Assembly: GCA_002427045.1 (NCBI GenBank)
Contig: DIPO01000066.1
Coordinates: 6-64,005 of the forward strand
DNA from: Firmicutes bacterium UBA5486
GTDB lineage: Bacteria > Bacillota > UBA4882 > UBA10575
Reading direction: 5' to 3'
DNA length: 64,000 nucleotides
The position numbers and the translations under genes were made by a program. Under the pieces are notes generated by a model. That model was not told the origin of the DNA. It saw only the letters and a list, made by a program, of their open reading frames with translations, and made no database searches. Below are positions 17,196-28,881 of this stretch, one piece after another (position 1 is the stretch's first letter; the number at the start of each line of letters is the position of its first letter).

Positions 17196-18185
17196 CTAAC
17201 CTTCATATTTAACTCTAGGATCAAGTATGGAATATAAAAGATCCGCAATAAAATTCCCCAGCAGTACCAAAACCGCGGTAACCATTACAATACCCATTAA
17301 TACCTGGTAATCGCGGTTATTAACCGCTGTTATAAATAACCTTCCCATTCCCGGCCAAGCAAAGATCGTTTCAGTAATAACTGCTCCTGCAAAAAAGCTA
17401 GGAAGATCCAGTCCCATAATGGTAATAATCGGGGTCATGGCATTCCGTAACGCATGTTTATTTACTACCTGTTTTTCAGGAACGCCTTTGGCACGGGCGG
17501 TCCGGATATAATCCTGATTAATAACATCCAACATGGAAGAGCGCATATACCGGCTCCAACTAGCCGTATTCATTAAACTTAAAACTATAGCAGGCATAAT
17601 TAAATATTTAAAATTCTCAATAAAGACAGCGATCGGTCGAATAATTAAAGGATACTCTGACGGGTCAAACCACGGAGTTGAATAGCCGCCAGCTGGTAGT
17701 ATTTTTAAACTAAGTGAAAAAACAAGAATCATTAGTAAGCCAAACCAAAATGAGGGGATCGAGATCCCAAAAAAAGAACCGAAAGTAACAATCTGATCGG
17801 CAAATGAATACCGGTGGGTAGCTGAGTAAATTCCAATCGGTATCGCTATTCCTACCGAAATTATAAAAGAAGCAAACATCAGTTTAAGAGTAGCCGGAAG
17901 CCGGGTAAGAATCTCAGTAGATACCGGACGGCCGGTCATATAAGATTTTCCCATATCGCCACGGAGCATATGAGTAATCCAACGATAATAACGGATATGG
18001 ACAGGCTTGTCCAAACCCATCTGAACCTTAATTCGTTCTTTATCTGCAGCAGTAATCTTCGGGTTCTCAGCATACATAGCCATTGGTCCACCCGGAGCTA
18101 ATTGCATCAGGGCGAAGGAAAAAATTGAAATAACAAATAGAGAGAGAATAGAGACTAAAATACGCTTAATAACTTTTCTGCCCAT
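17196..18185 (-). CDS. Peptide ABC transporter permease (OppB/DppB type)
   Basis: The sequence TARAKGVPEKQVVNKHALRNAMTPIIT is typical of OppB/DppB permeases. Confidence 0.9.
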   Translation of the reverse strand: MGRKVIKRILVSILSLFVISIFSFALMQLAPGGPMAMYAENPKITAADKERIKVQMGLDKPVHIRYYRWITHMLRGDMGKSYMTGRPVSTEILTRLPATLKLMFASFIISVGIAIPIGIYSATHRYSFADQIVTFGSFFGISIPSFWFGLLMILVFSLSLKILPAGGYSTPWFDPSEYPLIIRPIAVFIENFKYLIMPAIVLSLMNTASWSRYMRSSMLDVINQDYIRTARAKGVPEKQVVNKHALRNAMTPIITIMGLDLPSFFAGAVITETIFAWPGMGRLFITAVNNRDYQVLMGIVMVTAVLVLLGNFIADLLYSILDPRVKYEG

Positions 18186-18204
18186 TGCGGATTCCTCCTA
18201 AAAT

Positions 18205-18240
18205 TTAAAAAACGGAGGATAGAGGAGTCTATCCCCCGTT
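18205..18240 (-). terminator. Stem-loop with T-run between the substrate-binding-protein gene and the permease genes (attenuator or partial terminator)
   Basis: The minus strand reads AACGGGGGATAG-actcct-CTATCCTCCGTT followed by TTTTTTAAATTTT. Confidence 0.65.
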
Positions 18241-18261
18241 AACTTGAGAAGTATCAGTACC

Positions 18262-19908
18262 TTATTTCCATTCCCATTCATACATATTCCAAGTATTGGT
18301 AGCCTGAGTGGGATTGGGTTTAAAGTTTGCCAGATTAGCCGGAACAGCAGCAATTTCATTATAGTAATAAACAAAGATATATGGTACATCTTCTGCTAAG
18401 ATATCCTGAATCTCATAATAGATTTCTTTCCGTTTCTCCTGATCCGGTTCTTTTAATCCAGCGTCAAGAAGCTGATCCAAGTGCGGGTTACTATAACCTA
18501 CATAGTTTTGCCCCGTAGCACCGGTAGCCGGATCGACAATTTGTTCGGTATGGTAAAGCGTCTTACAATCAGGATCAAATCCAGCAGACCATCCAAAGAC
18601 CGCAATGTCAAATTTTACATTTTCAAGGATATCACCAAAGAGAGTAGATGCCTCATAATTCTGGATGGTTACATCGCAACCAACAGCATCCCACTCTTGT
18701 TTAGCGATTTCATTAAATTTCTCCCGGATCTTATTACCACTATTAGTAGTAATTGAGAAAGAAAGCTTTTTACCATCTTTAGCACGTACTCCGTCGGCGC
18801 CTAATTTCCAGCCAGCCTCTTCCAGAAGTTGTGCTGCTTTATCGGGATCATAATCATACCTTTTGAGTTCAGGTTTGAAAGCCCAGCAGTTAGGGGCAAC
18901 ACAAGAATCCGCCCAGGTACCTATACCGTCAAGCACAGTATCAATAAACTGCTGTTTTGGGAAGGCATAACATAGTGCCTGCCGGACACGTTTATCAGCA
19001 AAGATCGGGTTTCTTAGATTAAAATCAGCATGCATATATACATAAGCCGGATACTTATGAACTTCAATCTTTTGGCCAGCTTCTTTCATTGCCAGCAATT
19101 CTTTATACTGGTTGGCCTGAGCGCCATCATAAACATCAATCTCTCCGCTTTTGAACTGAGCAAGCAGTGAGTTGGTATCAGGAACCACTTTATAGACTAT
19201 GGTCTTGATCTTAGGTGAGCCTTCACGATAATAATCATCAAATCGTTCCAATTTTACATACTCATTAGCTTTCCATTCAATAAACTTATATGGCCCGGAA
19301 CCGATTGGATTACGGGAAAATTCTCCACCTTTAGTCAGCGAATTTCCATTTTCAGCATATTCTTTCTCCAAAATATGCTTGGGTGGGATCATACACTCAG
19401 AATAAGCCCATCCTTCAAGCCAGGTAACATCTAATTCTTTTAGAGTAATTTTAAAATTATAATCATCAATAATTTCAAATTTGTCAATCTTTTCCCACAT
19501 CGCACGGGAAGGAACAATATTGCCCGGAGCCATTTTCATTTCATAAAGAAACTCAACATCCTCAGCGGTTAATTCCACTCCATCATGAAATTTTACGCCT
19601 TTCCGGAGTTTAAAAGTATAAACCTTACCATCTTCACTAACCTCCGGAAGCTCTTCCAGTAGGTCAGGTTCAAACTCCAACTTATCATTGACTTTCATCA
19701 GAGTAGAAAAAATTCCATTCATCATAATAGTCTCAGCCGAAGCTTCTGAAAGAATAGGGTTTAGGGTCTCAACATCAGTAAGCATCCCCCAGACTAACAC
19801 ATCTTTTTTCTTGGGGCCAAGAGCGGATTTAGAGGCAAAGGCATAGTATAATCCGAATGCCACTACTAAAACTGCTACAATAATTAGTGTCACATTTTTT
19901 TTCTTCAC
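18262..19908 (-). CDS. Peptide/nickel ABC substrate-binding protein (SBP family 5, OppA/DppA type)
   Basis: The protein is 548 aa with an N-terminal signal anchor. It is the first gene of the operon. It uses a GTG start preceded by AGGAGGAG. Confidence 0.88.
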   Translation of the reverse strand: MKKKNVTLIIVAVLVVAFGLYYAFASKSALGPKKKDVLVWGMLTDVETLNPILSEASAETIMMNGIFSTLMKVNDKLEFEPDLLEELPEVSEDGKVYTFKLRKGVKFHDGVELTAEDVEFLYEMKMAPGNIVPSRAMWEKIDKFEIIDDYNFKITLKELDVTWLEGWAYSECMIPPKHILEKEYAENGNSLTKGGEFSRNPIGSGPYKFIEWKANEYVKLERFDDYYREGSPKIKTIVYKVVPDTNSLLAQFKSGEIDVYDGAQANQYKELLAMKEAGQKIEVHKYPAYVYMHADFNLRNPIFADKRVRQALCYAFPKQQFIDTVLDGIGTWADSCVAPNCWAFKPELKRYDYDPDKAAQLLEEAGWKLGADGVRAKDGKKLSFSITTNSGNKIREKFNEIAKQEWDAVGCDVTIQNYEASTLFGDILENVKFDIAVFGWSAGFDPDCKTLYHTEQIVDPATGATGQNYVGYSNPHLDQLLDAGLKEPDQEKRKEIYYEIQDILAEDVPYIFVYYYNEIAAVPANLANFKPNPTQATNTWNMYEWEWK

Positions 19909-20105
19909 TTCTATTACTCTCCTCCTATTTTTTATAATAGAGTATTTTAAATATTATTCGCAACGAATTCCAAATATCCTGCAATATTATTAAATAATCA
20001 TCGTTATCCAATTTATGTCTGCATAAATATTGCTTTTATCTTGTGTTTTTGTCGGCTTTTGTTTGTTTTGGTTACATTTGTTATACATGTGCAAAAACTT
20101 TGACA

Positions 20106-21563
20106 TCATTCTTTAATCTTTTCTAATTCTTTTTCTAATAAAACATTAACTATTCCGGGATTAGCCTTTCCTTTAGTCTCTTTCATCACTTGGCCAACCA
20201 AAAAGCTCTTTGCTTTCTTTTTCCCGGACAAATAATCCTGTATCGATTGGGGATGATCTGCCATTACCTTGACCACAATTTCTTGAATTAATTGAACATC
20301 ACTAATCTGTTCCAGGCCCTGTTCTTTAATAATAATTTCTGGTTTGTTCCCTGTATAAAACATCTCTTCAAAAACAGTTTTAGCTATTTTACTGCTAATC
20401 ACCCCTTGATCAAGAATCTTCAGCATCTGGCCAAGGGCTTCCGGTTTAAGTTTAATCTGATGAAACTCGATTTTTTCTTGATTAATTAGTCTCACTAAAT
20501 CACCAATTATCCAATTGCTCACGTTTTTCGGTTCTCCACTATAATCTTTAAGAACAGCTTCAAAGAACTCTGCCATCGGTTTTGAGCTGCTAATTAAGGC
20601 GGCATCATCCTTGGGAAGCCTAAATTCTTGAATATAACGTTCTCTTTTGCTATTAGGTAGTTCTGGTAATTTATTCCTGATCCCTTTGATCCAATCATCA
20701 TTAATTATAACCGGTAAGAGATCTGGATCAGGAAAATACCTATATTCATAAGCCTTCTCTTTAAAACGCATAAAAACTGTTTCTCTGTTCCCCTCATCCC
20801 AGGCTCTTGTCTCTTCAGATTCCAGAGGAGTATTCTGCTCCAAGAGTTCAATCTGCCGCTTAGCTTCATATTCCAAGGCCGCCTCTACTGCCCGGAAAGA
20901 ATTCATATTCTTTACTTCTGCACGTTTCCCTAACTCACGATCTCCCTGCCGGCGTACTGATATATTGGCATCACAGCGGAGTGAGCCTTCTTCCATCTTG
21001 CAATCAGAAACGCCTGTATACTCCAGTATAATCTTGAGTTCCTCCATAAACTCCTTGGCTTCCCGGGGAGAACGAAGATCAGGCGCAGTCACAATCTCAA
21101 TTAGCGGTATGCTACTCCGGTTATAATCCAGTAACGAATAATCAGAATCAATAATTCCAGCTCCAGAATGATAAGAACGCCCAGCTTCTTCTTCTAGATG
21201 GATACGGGTAATCCTAATTCTCCGGCGTCCGGTGGGAAACTCCTTTTTTAGCCATCCTGTCCGGCAGATTGGAGCATAGAATTGTGTAATTTGATAGCCT
21301 TTTGGCAGATCCGGGTAAAAATATTGTTTACGATCAAATTTACATTCCCTAGAAATTTTACAGTTTAAAGCTAAGCCAGCAGTAATACCTAAATCAATAG
21401 CTTTTTTATTTAAAACCGGTAATGCACCCGGAAGCCCCAGGCAAACTGGACAAGTCAAAGTATTAGGTTCTGCCGGAAACTTCGTCGAGCAGCCACAACA
21501 TAATTTAGAGTCAGTCTTTAACTCGACATGTACCTCAAGCCCGATAATAGTCTCGTACTTCAT
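20106..21563 (-). CDS. gatB: Asp/Glu-tRNA amidotransferase subunit B
   Basis: The N-terminus YETIIGLEVHVELKT...CPVCLGLPGALPVLN is typical of GatB. The gene overlaps gatA. Confidence 0.95.
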   Translation of the reverse strand: MKYETIIGLEVHVELKTDSKLCCGCSTKFPAEPNTLTCPVCLGLPGALPVLNKKAIDLGITAGLALNCKISRECKFDRKQYFYPDLPKGYQITQFYAPICRTGWLKKEFPTGRRRIRITRIHLEEEAGRSYHSGAGIIDSDYSLLDYNRSSIPLIEIVTAPDLRSPREAKEFMEELKIILEYTGVSDCKMEEGSLRCDANISVRRQGDRELGKRAEVKNMNSFRAVEAALEYEAKRQIELLEQNTPLESEETRAWDEGNRETVFMRFKEKAYEYRYFPDPDLLPVIINDDWIKGIRNKLPELPNSKRERYIQEFRLPKDDAALISSSKPMAEFFEAVLKDYSGEPKNVSNWIIGDLVRLINQEKIEFHQIKLKPEALGQMLKILDQGVISSKIAKTVFEEMFYTGNKPEIIIKEQGLEQISDVQLIQEIVVKVMADHPQSIQDYLSGKKKAKSFLVGQVMKETKGKANPGIVNVLLEKELEKIKE

Positions 21564-23017
21564 CTTATACCTCCTTTTACCACCCCTAACTCTCCCTCTA
21601 TAAATGAAGCCACCCGGAAAAGCGTCTCCTCCTTACCTGCCCGAGCCATCAATTGCGCTCCTACCGGCAGTCCATTAATACAACCACAGGGAAAGGTGAG
21701 TGCAGGAATTCCTGTTAAGTTCGCTGCAACTGTACAAACTTCTGAAAGATATTTAGATAGCAAATCATCTGTTTTTTCCCTTATTATATTTGGCACTACT
21801 GTAGTGGTTGGTGTTAACATAAATTCACATTCTAAAAAAGCCCGAGCAAAATCTTTTTTCATTCGGGCCCGCCCTTTTTCTGCTTTAAGATAATAGTCCT
21901 CGTAATATTCAGGAGTTAAAAAGCATGTCCCCAGGAGAATTCTTCTTTTAACTTCCCGCCCAAAACCTTCTTCCCTTGTTTGCCGGAACATACTAATCAT
22001 ATCTGTCTGCTCTTCGGATCGGTAACCATACCTTACCCCATCATACCTTGCTAAATTAGAACTGGCTTCGGCAAAAGCAATTAGGTAATATATAGCAGCC
22101 GCGTATTCCAATGATGGTAGTGAAACTTCTACCGGGATACAACCTGCTTTTTCAAGTAAATCAGCAACTAATAAGAGTTTCTCTTTAATCCCCGGGTCAA
22201 TTTTTTTATCGTAGGATTCACAAGGGATTCCAAAACGAAGGCCTTTAAGTCCCTGAGGTAAATCATTTACTTTTTCCGGCAAAAGCGGCACAGTGGTAGA
22301 ATCCAAAGGATCGTAACCAGAAATATTGTGGTATAGTACAGCTAGATCCTTTGCCGTCCGGGCCATCGGTCCAACCTGATCCAAAGAAGAAGCATATGGA
22401 ACTAATCCATAACGGGAGACTCTCCCATAAGTTGGTTTCAACCCAAAGATGCCACAAAAGGCGGCAGGTTGCCGGATGGAGCCTCCGGTATCAGAACCTA
22501 GCGCTAAAGGAACCATTCCCGCTGCTACAGCAGCTGCCGATCCGCCACTAGAGCCCCCCGGAATTCGTTTTAGATCCCAAGGATTCCTAGTCAAACCAAA
22601 GTATGAACTTTCAGTAGAAGAACCCATTGCAAATTCATCCAGATTGGTCTTACCTATCAGCACTGCTCCCGCTTGCTTCAGCTTAGTAACCACGGTAGCA
22701 TCATAGGAAGGAATGAAATTCGCTAACATTTTTGAGCCACAGGTAGTTTTAACCCCTTTAGTACAGATGTTATCCTTGATGGCAATCGGAATACCAGTTA
22801 AGGGTGTGATACCCTCTTTCTTTGCTATACGGGCATCCGCCTCCCTTGCTGCAAATAAGGCTTCTTCTTCTGTTATCGTAATAAAAGCATTTATTTCCGG
22901 GTCAAGCTGAGCAATATGGCCTAAGAATCCTTTAGTCATTTCCAGAGCCGAAATCTCTTTATTATCTAAGAGCTTCCTTAATTGACCCAGACTCATCTCT
23001 ACAATTTCCATTCTCAT
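21560..23017 (-). CDS. gatA: Glu-tRNA(Gln) amidotransferase subunit A
   Basis: The protein carries the amidase signature (GIPIAIKDNICTKGVKTTCGSKML, GGSSGGSAAAVA). Confidence 0.95.
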   Translation of the reverse strand: MRMEIVEMSLGQLRKLLDNKEISALEMTKGFLGHIAQLDPEINAFITITEEEALFAAREADARIAKKEGITPLTGIPIAIKDNICTKGVKTTCGSKMLANFIPSYDATVVTKLKQAGAVLIGKTNLDEFAMGSSTESSYFGLTRNPWDLKRIPGGSSGGSAAAVAAGMVPLALGSDTGGSIRQPAAFCGIFGLKPTYGRVSRYGLVPYASSLDQVGPMARTAKDLAVLYHNISGYDPLDSTTVPLLPEKVNDLPQGLKGLRFGIPCESYDKKIDPGIKEKLLLVADLLEKAGCIPVEVSLPSLEYAAAIYYLIAFAEASSNLARYDGVRYGYRSEEQTDMISMFRQTREEGFGREVKRRILLGTCFLTPEYYEDYYLKAEKGRARMKKDFARAFLECEFMLTPTTTVVPNIIREKTDDLLSKYLSEVCTVAANLTGIPALTFPCGCINGLPVGAQLMARAGKEETLFRVASFIEGELGVVKGGIR

Positions 23018-23037
23018 CCTCCTACCTCAAGATAGAG

Positions 23038-23352
23038 TTAATCCTCTTCCAGCACCTTTAGGACTTTAAAACAGAAGCTCTCCTGTTGAGGTGCATTAAC
23101 CAATACAGAATCCCGGTTAAAAGAAGACTGTACCTTATCCTCCCGCATAATATTATTAAGAGGTACCCCATAGGGAGCAGGTTCTTCTCCTTCGATAGAA
23201 AGTTCATTCAGTTTTTTTAGATAACCCAGGATTTCATTTATTTGGACTGTAAAACAGTTAATCTCTTCTTCTGTCAAAGCTAAACGAGCCATGCTTGACA
23301 GCTCTTTCACCTGTTCCTTAGTAAGGCTCATTCTTCTTCCTCCTTCTTGCAC
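23038..23352 (-). CDS. gatC: Glu-tRNA(Gln) amidotransferase subunit C
   Basis: LTKEQVKELSSMARLALTEEEI is typical of GatC. The likely start is 23331 (MSLTKEQ). Confidence 0.9.
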   Translation of the reverse strand: MQEGGRRMSLTKEQVKELSSMARLALTEEEINCFTVQINEILGYLKKLNELSIEGEEPAPYGVPLNNIMREDKVQSSFNRDSVLVNAPQQESFCFKVLKVLEED

Positions 23353-23359
23353 ATCTCTG

Positions 23360-23440
23360 TGCTCAGTACTAGTCGCTCGAAACTCGTATGAATGTTTAGC
23401 CTTTGATTAATATACTTAGTACTCGTCACTTGGTGGATAA
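23360..23440. repeat. Degenerate copy of the type-1 intergenic repeat
   Basis: GTCGCTCGAAACTCGTATGAATGTTTAGCCTTTGATTAA resembles GTCGCTCGTGTTGAATGACAGCCTTTGTAAGA at 57330. The similarity is weak. Confidence 0.3.
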
Positions 23441-23543
23441 AACGCTTGTTGTTCATAATTAAGCTTACCTTTATGGTCTCATCTTCAAGTATCTACCACT
23501 CATAGCCCGATGTTTGTTCTTGGGATGATAGCTAACCAATATA

Positions 23544-25604
<2,061 letters not shown>

Positions 25605-25749
25605 TTAGTTTCTCACAAGTTTAAAGAATTACCAAAAAGATATTCGTCATCTCAAGCCTTTTCCCTTCCCTTTAAACACTTGCTTACTCAATGTTTGTAG
25701 TTCGCTGCTTTGCTTGCTATTAAGTTAACTAGGGAAATTGCCTATAAGC

Positions 25750-25773
25750 AAAAAAGGCCTTTCGGCCTTTTTA
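25750..25773. terminator. Bidirectional Rho-independent terminator
   Basis: The sequence is AAAAAGGCC-tttc-GGCCTTTTT. It lies 3' of the symporter gene on the minus strand. Confidence 0.75.
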
Positions 25774-25808
25774 AATCTTATCATTAAATCCTTATCATTT
25801 CAAACAGC

Positions 25809-27470
25809 TTATCCTACCGCAACCTTCCTTTCTTTCGCTTTCTTACTAACAAGTGAAACAGATTCATGAACCTTTTCCACCCCAAAAACCCAATCAAGAT
25901 GTTCCTTGCTAAACTTTGGAGTCAACCAACTTACCACTGGAACCACCACCAAAGGTAGAAGCATAGAAATTGAACCAACCATCGGGGCAATATCTTTGAT
26001 AAAAGGTTGTAATTCAGGGTGAAGCATATAACAGAGAAAAGTTATAACCGAAAAACCTAAGCCTGAAAAGAAACCCGCCCAAGCTCCTGCTTTAGTAACT
26101 CCCTTCCAAAACAGGCCATATAGATAAGGAGCAAGAAAGGCTCCGGAGATAGTGCCCCAGGAAAAACTCATTAAAGCCACTAAATAGGGCCACTTCGCTC
26201 CATACAAGGCCGTAATTAAGGAGATTCCAACAAAAAAAAGACATAAGACTCTCATTAGAAAAACTGACCATCGACGAGAAAGATTCGGCAAAAAATAGCC
26301 TTGAATTAAATCTACAACAATCGCTGAACTAGAGACCAGAACCACTGATGAAAGGGTGGACATTGATGCAGAAAGTACTAATAATAGAAGAAGAATCAGT
26401 AAAGGATGGGGTAGAGCCATCTTCAATATTTGTGGAATCAAAGCAGTATTTGCATACGAATTATTATTCATCGCCTTCCCAAGAACAGTTCTGGCTTCGG
26501 CCAGATTCATAGCCGCCACCGCATCACCAGAAAAAGCCTCCGGATTTTGCTTAATAATTTCTTGGGAGAACATACTGGAAGTAGAACCAATAAAATATGC
26601 GGCGCCAGCAATTACTAGACAAAAAATCGTACCTACTACTGTCGCCGTAGTTATTACCTTCTCATTCCGGATCGCATAAAACTTCTGGATCATCTGAGGC
26701 AAGCCCCAGACTCCCAAACTAGTTAAGATTACCAGCCATAGAAGGGAGGCCCCATTAGCAGGAAATACCTTGATCAGTTCAGGATCCACCTTCTTCAAAC
26801 CAATTAACAGGTTACCAAAACCGCCAATGCTTGGGTGGGTAAGGGTATAGGCAACCATCAAGGCTACTCCAACCAGCATAATCAAGCCTTGAATAAAACT
26901 ACTTAGTGAGATCGCAGAATAGCCACCCAAAGTTAAATAAATAGCGGTCAACAGAGCCATAAAACATAAGGCCTGATTATAACCGATCCCTAAAACATTT
27001 ACAAAGAGAAATGACAATCCTGTATATACCGATCCAGAGTACGGTACCATAAAGATGAAGATTACCAATGCTCCTACTATTTTAAAAACTTTAGAGTCAT
27101 ACCGTTTCTCTAAGAATTCCGGCATCGTTATTACATTTAATCTTACTGTCATACTCCGGGTTTTCCGCGCAAGAACCAACCAAGCAAGAAGGCTCCCAAT
27201 TAGTGTATTACCGATGGCAATCCATAAAACCGGTAACCCATATTGAAATCCTAATGTTCCGGCATACCCTACAAATATAACCGCCGAAAAATAAGTAGTT
27301 CCATAAGCAAACGCCGAGATCCAGGGGCCAATCTTTCTCCCGCCAAGGAAAAAATCAGAAGTCGTCCTGGTTCGGCGTATCGTAAACAAACCAACACCAA
27401 TCATCATCATAACAAAAGCACCTAGTGCTAACCATTGAAACAAAGTATTCATTTTTAACCATCCTTCCAT
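25809..27470 (-). CDS. Sodium:solute symporter family (SSF) transporter
   Basis: The protein has about 13 TM helices. The N-terminal region TSDFFLGGRKIGPWISAFAYGTTYFSAV is typical of SSF (PanF/PutP-like) transporters. The start is either 27470 or 27452. Confidence 0.8.
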   Translation of the reverse strand: MEGWLKMNTLFQWLALGAFVMMMIGVGLFTIRRTRTTSDFFLGGRKIGPWISAFAYGTTYFSAVIFVGYAGTLGFQYGLPVLWIAIGNTLIGSLLAWLVLARKTRSMTVRLNVITMPEFLEKRYDSKVFKIVGALVIFIFMVPYSGSVYTGLSFLFVNVLGIGYNQALCFMALLTAIYLTLGGYSAISLSSFIQGLIMLVGVALMVAYTLTHPSIGGFGNLLIGLKKVDPELIKVFPANGASLLWLVILTSLGVWGLPQMIQKFYAIRNEKVITTATVVGTIFCLVIAGAAYFIGSTSSMFSQEIIKQNPEAFSGDAVAAMNLAEARTVLGKAMNNNSYANTALIPQILKMALPHPLLILLLLLVLSASMSTLSSVVLVSSSAIVVDLIQGYFLPNLSRRWSVFLMRVLCLFFVGISLITALYGAKWPYLVALMSFSWGTISGAFLAPYLYGLFWKGVTKAGAWAGFFSGLGFSVITFLCYMLHPELQPFIKDIAPMVGSISMLLPLVVVPVVSWLTPKFSKEHLDWVFGVEKVHESVSLVSKKAKERKVAVG

Positions 27471-27625
27471 CCTAACTCCATTTTACTTATCCATCATTAT
27501 TGGCAATTCCTTAAACCTACAAACTTCTACCATTAAACCACATCAAGACTTTCGCCAATATTTTATTATTATTCGCCCTTTTACCTTTTTCCCCTTCTCT
27601 AAAATAACTCAATCTTCCAATCGAT

Positions 27626-27735
27626 ACTCGTCTCCCGTCGCTCGAGTTAGAAAATACCTTCGTAACTCTTTTTAGGGCTTTTTGCGTTGTCAATTATTAA
27701 AAACCACAGAATGTCTAATTGAAAAAGCAACGCAA
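27626..27735. repeat. CTCGTC..CGTCGCTCG-TAGAAAATA box followed by a long imperfect hairpin (repeat-family relative)
   Basis: The box ACTCGTCTCCCGTCGCTCGAGTTAGAAAATACC lies at 27626-27658. The hairpin pairs TTGCGTTGTCAATT (27682-27695) with AATTGAAAAAGCAACGCAA (27717-27735). Confidence 0.35.
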
Positions 27736-27765
27736 TAAAAATAGCGTCGCTTCAGTATTTTCGTA

Positions 27766-27840
27766 TGGCGCGCCCGACAGGAATCGAACCTGTGCTCCTG
27801 GCTCCGGAGGCCAGTGCTCTATCCCCTGAGCTACGGGCGC
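27766..27840 (-). tRNA. tRNA-Arg (anticodon CCG)
   Basis: The minus strand reads GCGCCCGTAGCTCAGGGGATAGAGCACTGGCCTCCGGAGCCAGGAGCACAGGTTCGATTCCTGTCGGGCGCGCCA. It folds as a cloverleaf with a 7-bp acceptor stem, anticodon loop CTCCGGA, a TPsiC loop TTCGATT and an encoded CCA. Confidence 0.95.
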
Positions 27841-27893
27841 AAAATTAAGTCCATAAAATATTTTACATGATTACTGCAGAAAAAGCAATAGAA

Positions 27894-27921
27894 TAAAAAA
27901 AATACCGGGAATTCCCGGTAA
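27894..27921 (-). terminator. Rho-independent terminator after the DUF3794-like gene
   Basis: The palindrome TACCGGGAATTCCCGGTA (27903-27920) is followed on the minus strand by a T8 run. Confidence 0.75.
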
Positions 27922-27928
27922 AAAAAGT

Positions 27929-28405
27929 TCATTTTGTAGTTATCCCTTTTCCACGTGCGACAAAGAGATCTTTAGCCCCTAGAAATACCGCGTTTTTTTG
28001 TAATGAATTACAGAATATATTTTCTAAAGGGGGAAGATCCAATAATCGGACATTAATACTGATAACCGTTACTTCACGAAGTGAAGTCGGAGAAAGTAAC
28101 TGAAAATCAATAAATTCAATAATCGGTGTTAATTGACAGCATAGACCAGGTTCAGCCTGGACCAGATCCACAAAACCGGAAAAAGGAATATCCACCCCTT
28201 GATGAACAACGACATTATTTTCATTGACAAAAAAGATTTGTTTATGCAATATTCCCTGAAAAATTACTTTTTCGGGAATGATATGACAACGGAGGTTTTG
28301 GACTGTCGCTTTAATCTCATCAACCTTAATCGCCGGGGCAAAAAGGGTAATGGTATCTTCTACTAAAACTTGAACTTGGGTTTCGGCAATTATATTTAAC
28401 GACAT
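27929..28405 (-). CDS. DUF3794-like (SafA/ExsA-associated) protein, probably sporulation-related
   Basis: The protein is 158 aa and AAAGGAGGAGGG precedes the ATG. The family assignment is from memory of the repeat pattern (VIFQGILHKQIFFV...) and is tentative. Confidence 0.5.
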   Translation of the reverse strand: MSLNIIAETQVQVLVEDTITLFAPAIKVDEIKATVQNLRCHIIPEKVIFQGILHKQIFFVNENNVVVHQGVDIPFSGFVDLVQAEPGLCCQLTPIIEFIDFQLLSPTSLREVTVISINVRLLDLPPLENIFCNSLQKNAVFLGAKDLFVARGKGITTK

Positions 28406-28558
28406 TTTTCCCTCCTCCTTTCCCCCTTTGTTCAGGGTGTTTGTTACATATTATGATTGTACTCTCCTTGTGGCTTACAGCTAAATGCCTAAGATTTTGT
28501 ATTTTAAGGTTTTTTCCCGGATAAAATAGAATAACAGTATCAAGGAGTAGAAAAATAG

Positions 28559-28759
28559 ATGAAAAACAAAAAAGCGATCTCCTCAATTATCCAATTTGTT
28601 ACAGAACATCCAGAGAGTACTGCAAGTAGAAGGATCTATCGGGAAACTTTGGGGGAAGCTCCAAAACATATCACTAACGAACTAGTAAAAGAGCTCCGTA
28701 ACAAACTAGAAATCGCCGATGAATTCACTATCGAAGGATATCATTATCTAATTCGTTAA
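28559..28759 (+). CDS. Hypothetical small protein (66 aa)
   Basis: The ORF has AAGGAG 11 nt upstream of the ATG. I recognised no family. Confidence 0.35.
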   Translation: MKNKKAISSIIQFVTEHPESTASRRIYRETLGEAPKHITNELVKELRNKLEIADEFTIEGYHYLIR

Positions 28760-28846
28760 AAAGCATCTTGTAGCTCGATGCTCGTCTCTCGTCGCACGTA
28801 AGAAATTTACCGGCATTGCCTTCACTTTCTTCGCATAGGGCTCTCA

Positions 28847-28881
28847 TTAAAAAAACCGGTCCTAGTAACCTAGGCCGGTTA
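28847..28881 (-). terminator. Rho-independent terminator overlapping the stop codon of the 28879-29289 gene
   Basis: The minus strand reads TAACCGGCCTAG-gtta-CTAGGACCGGTTTTTTT. Confidence 0.7.

Noticed and set aside
28406-28470. A possible mother-cell sigma (SigK/SigE-like) promoter, ACA-N15-CATAATATG, upstream of the DUF3794-like gene
   Set aside because: The match to the consensus CATA---TA is imperfect, and I cannot score it without a matrix. It is not reported as a feature.
28326-28586. A minus-strand 86-aa ORF across the divergent promoter region
   Set aside because: It overlaps the 5' end of the DUF3794-like gene and an intergenic region. It has no ribosome-binding site and odd composition.
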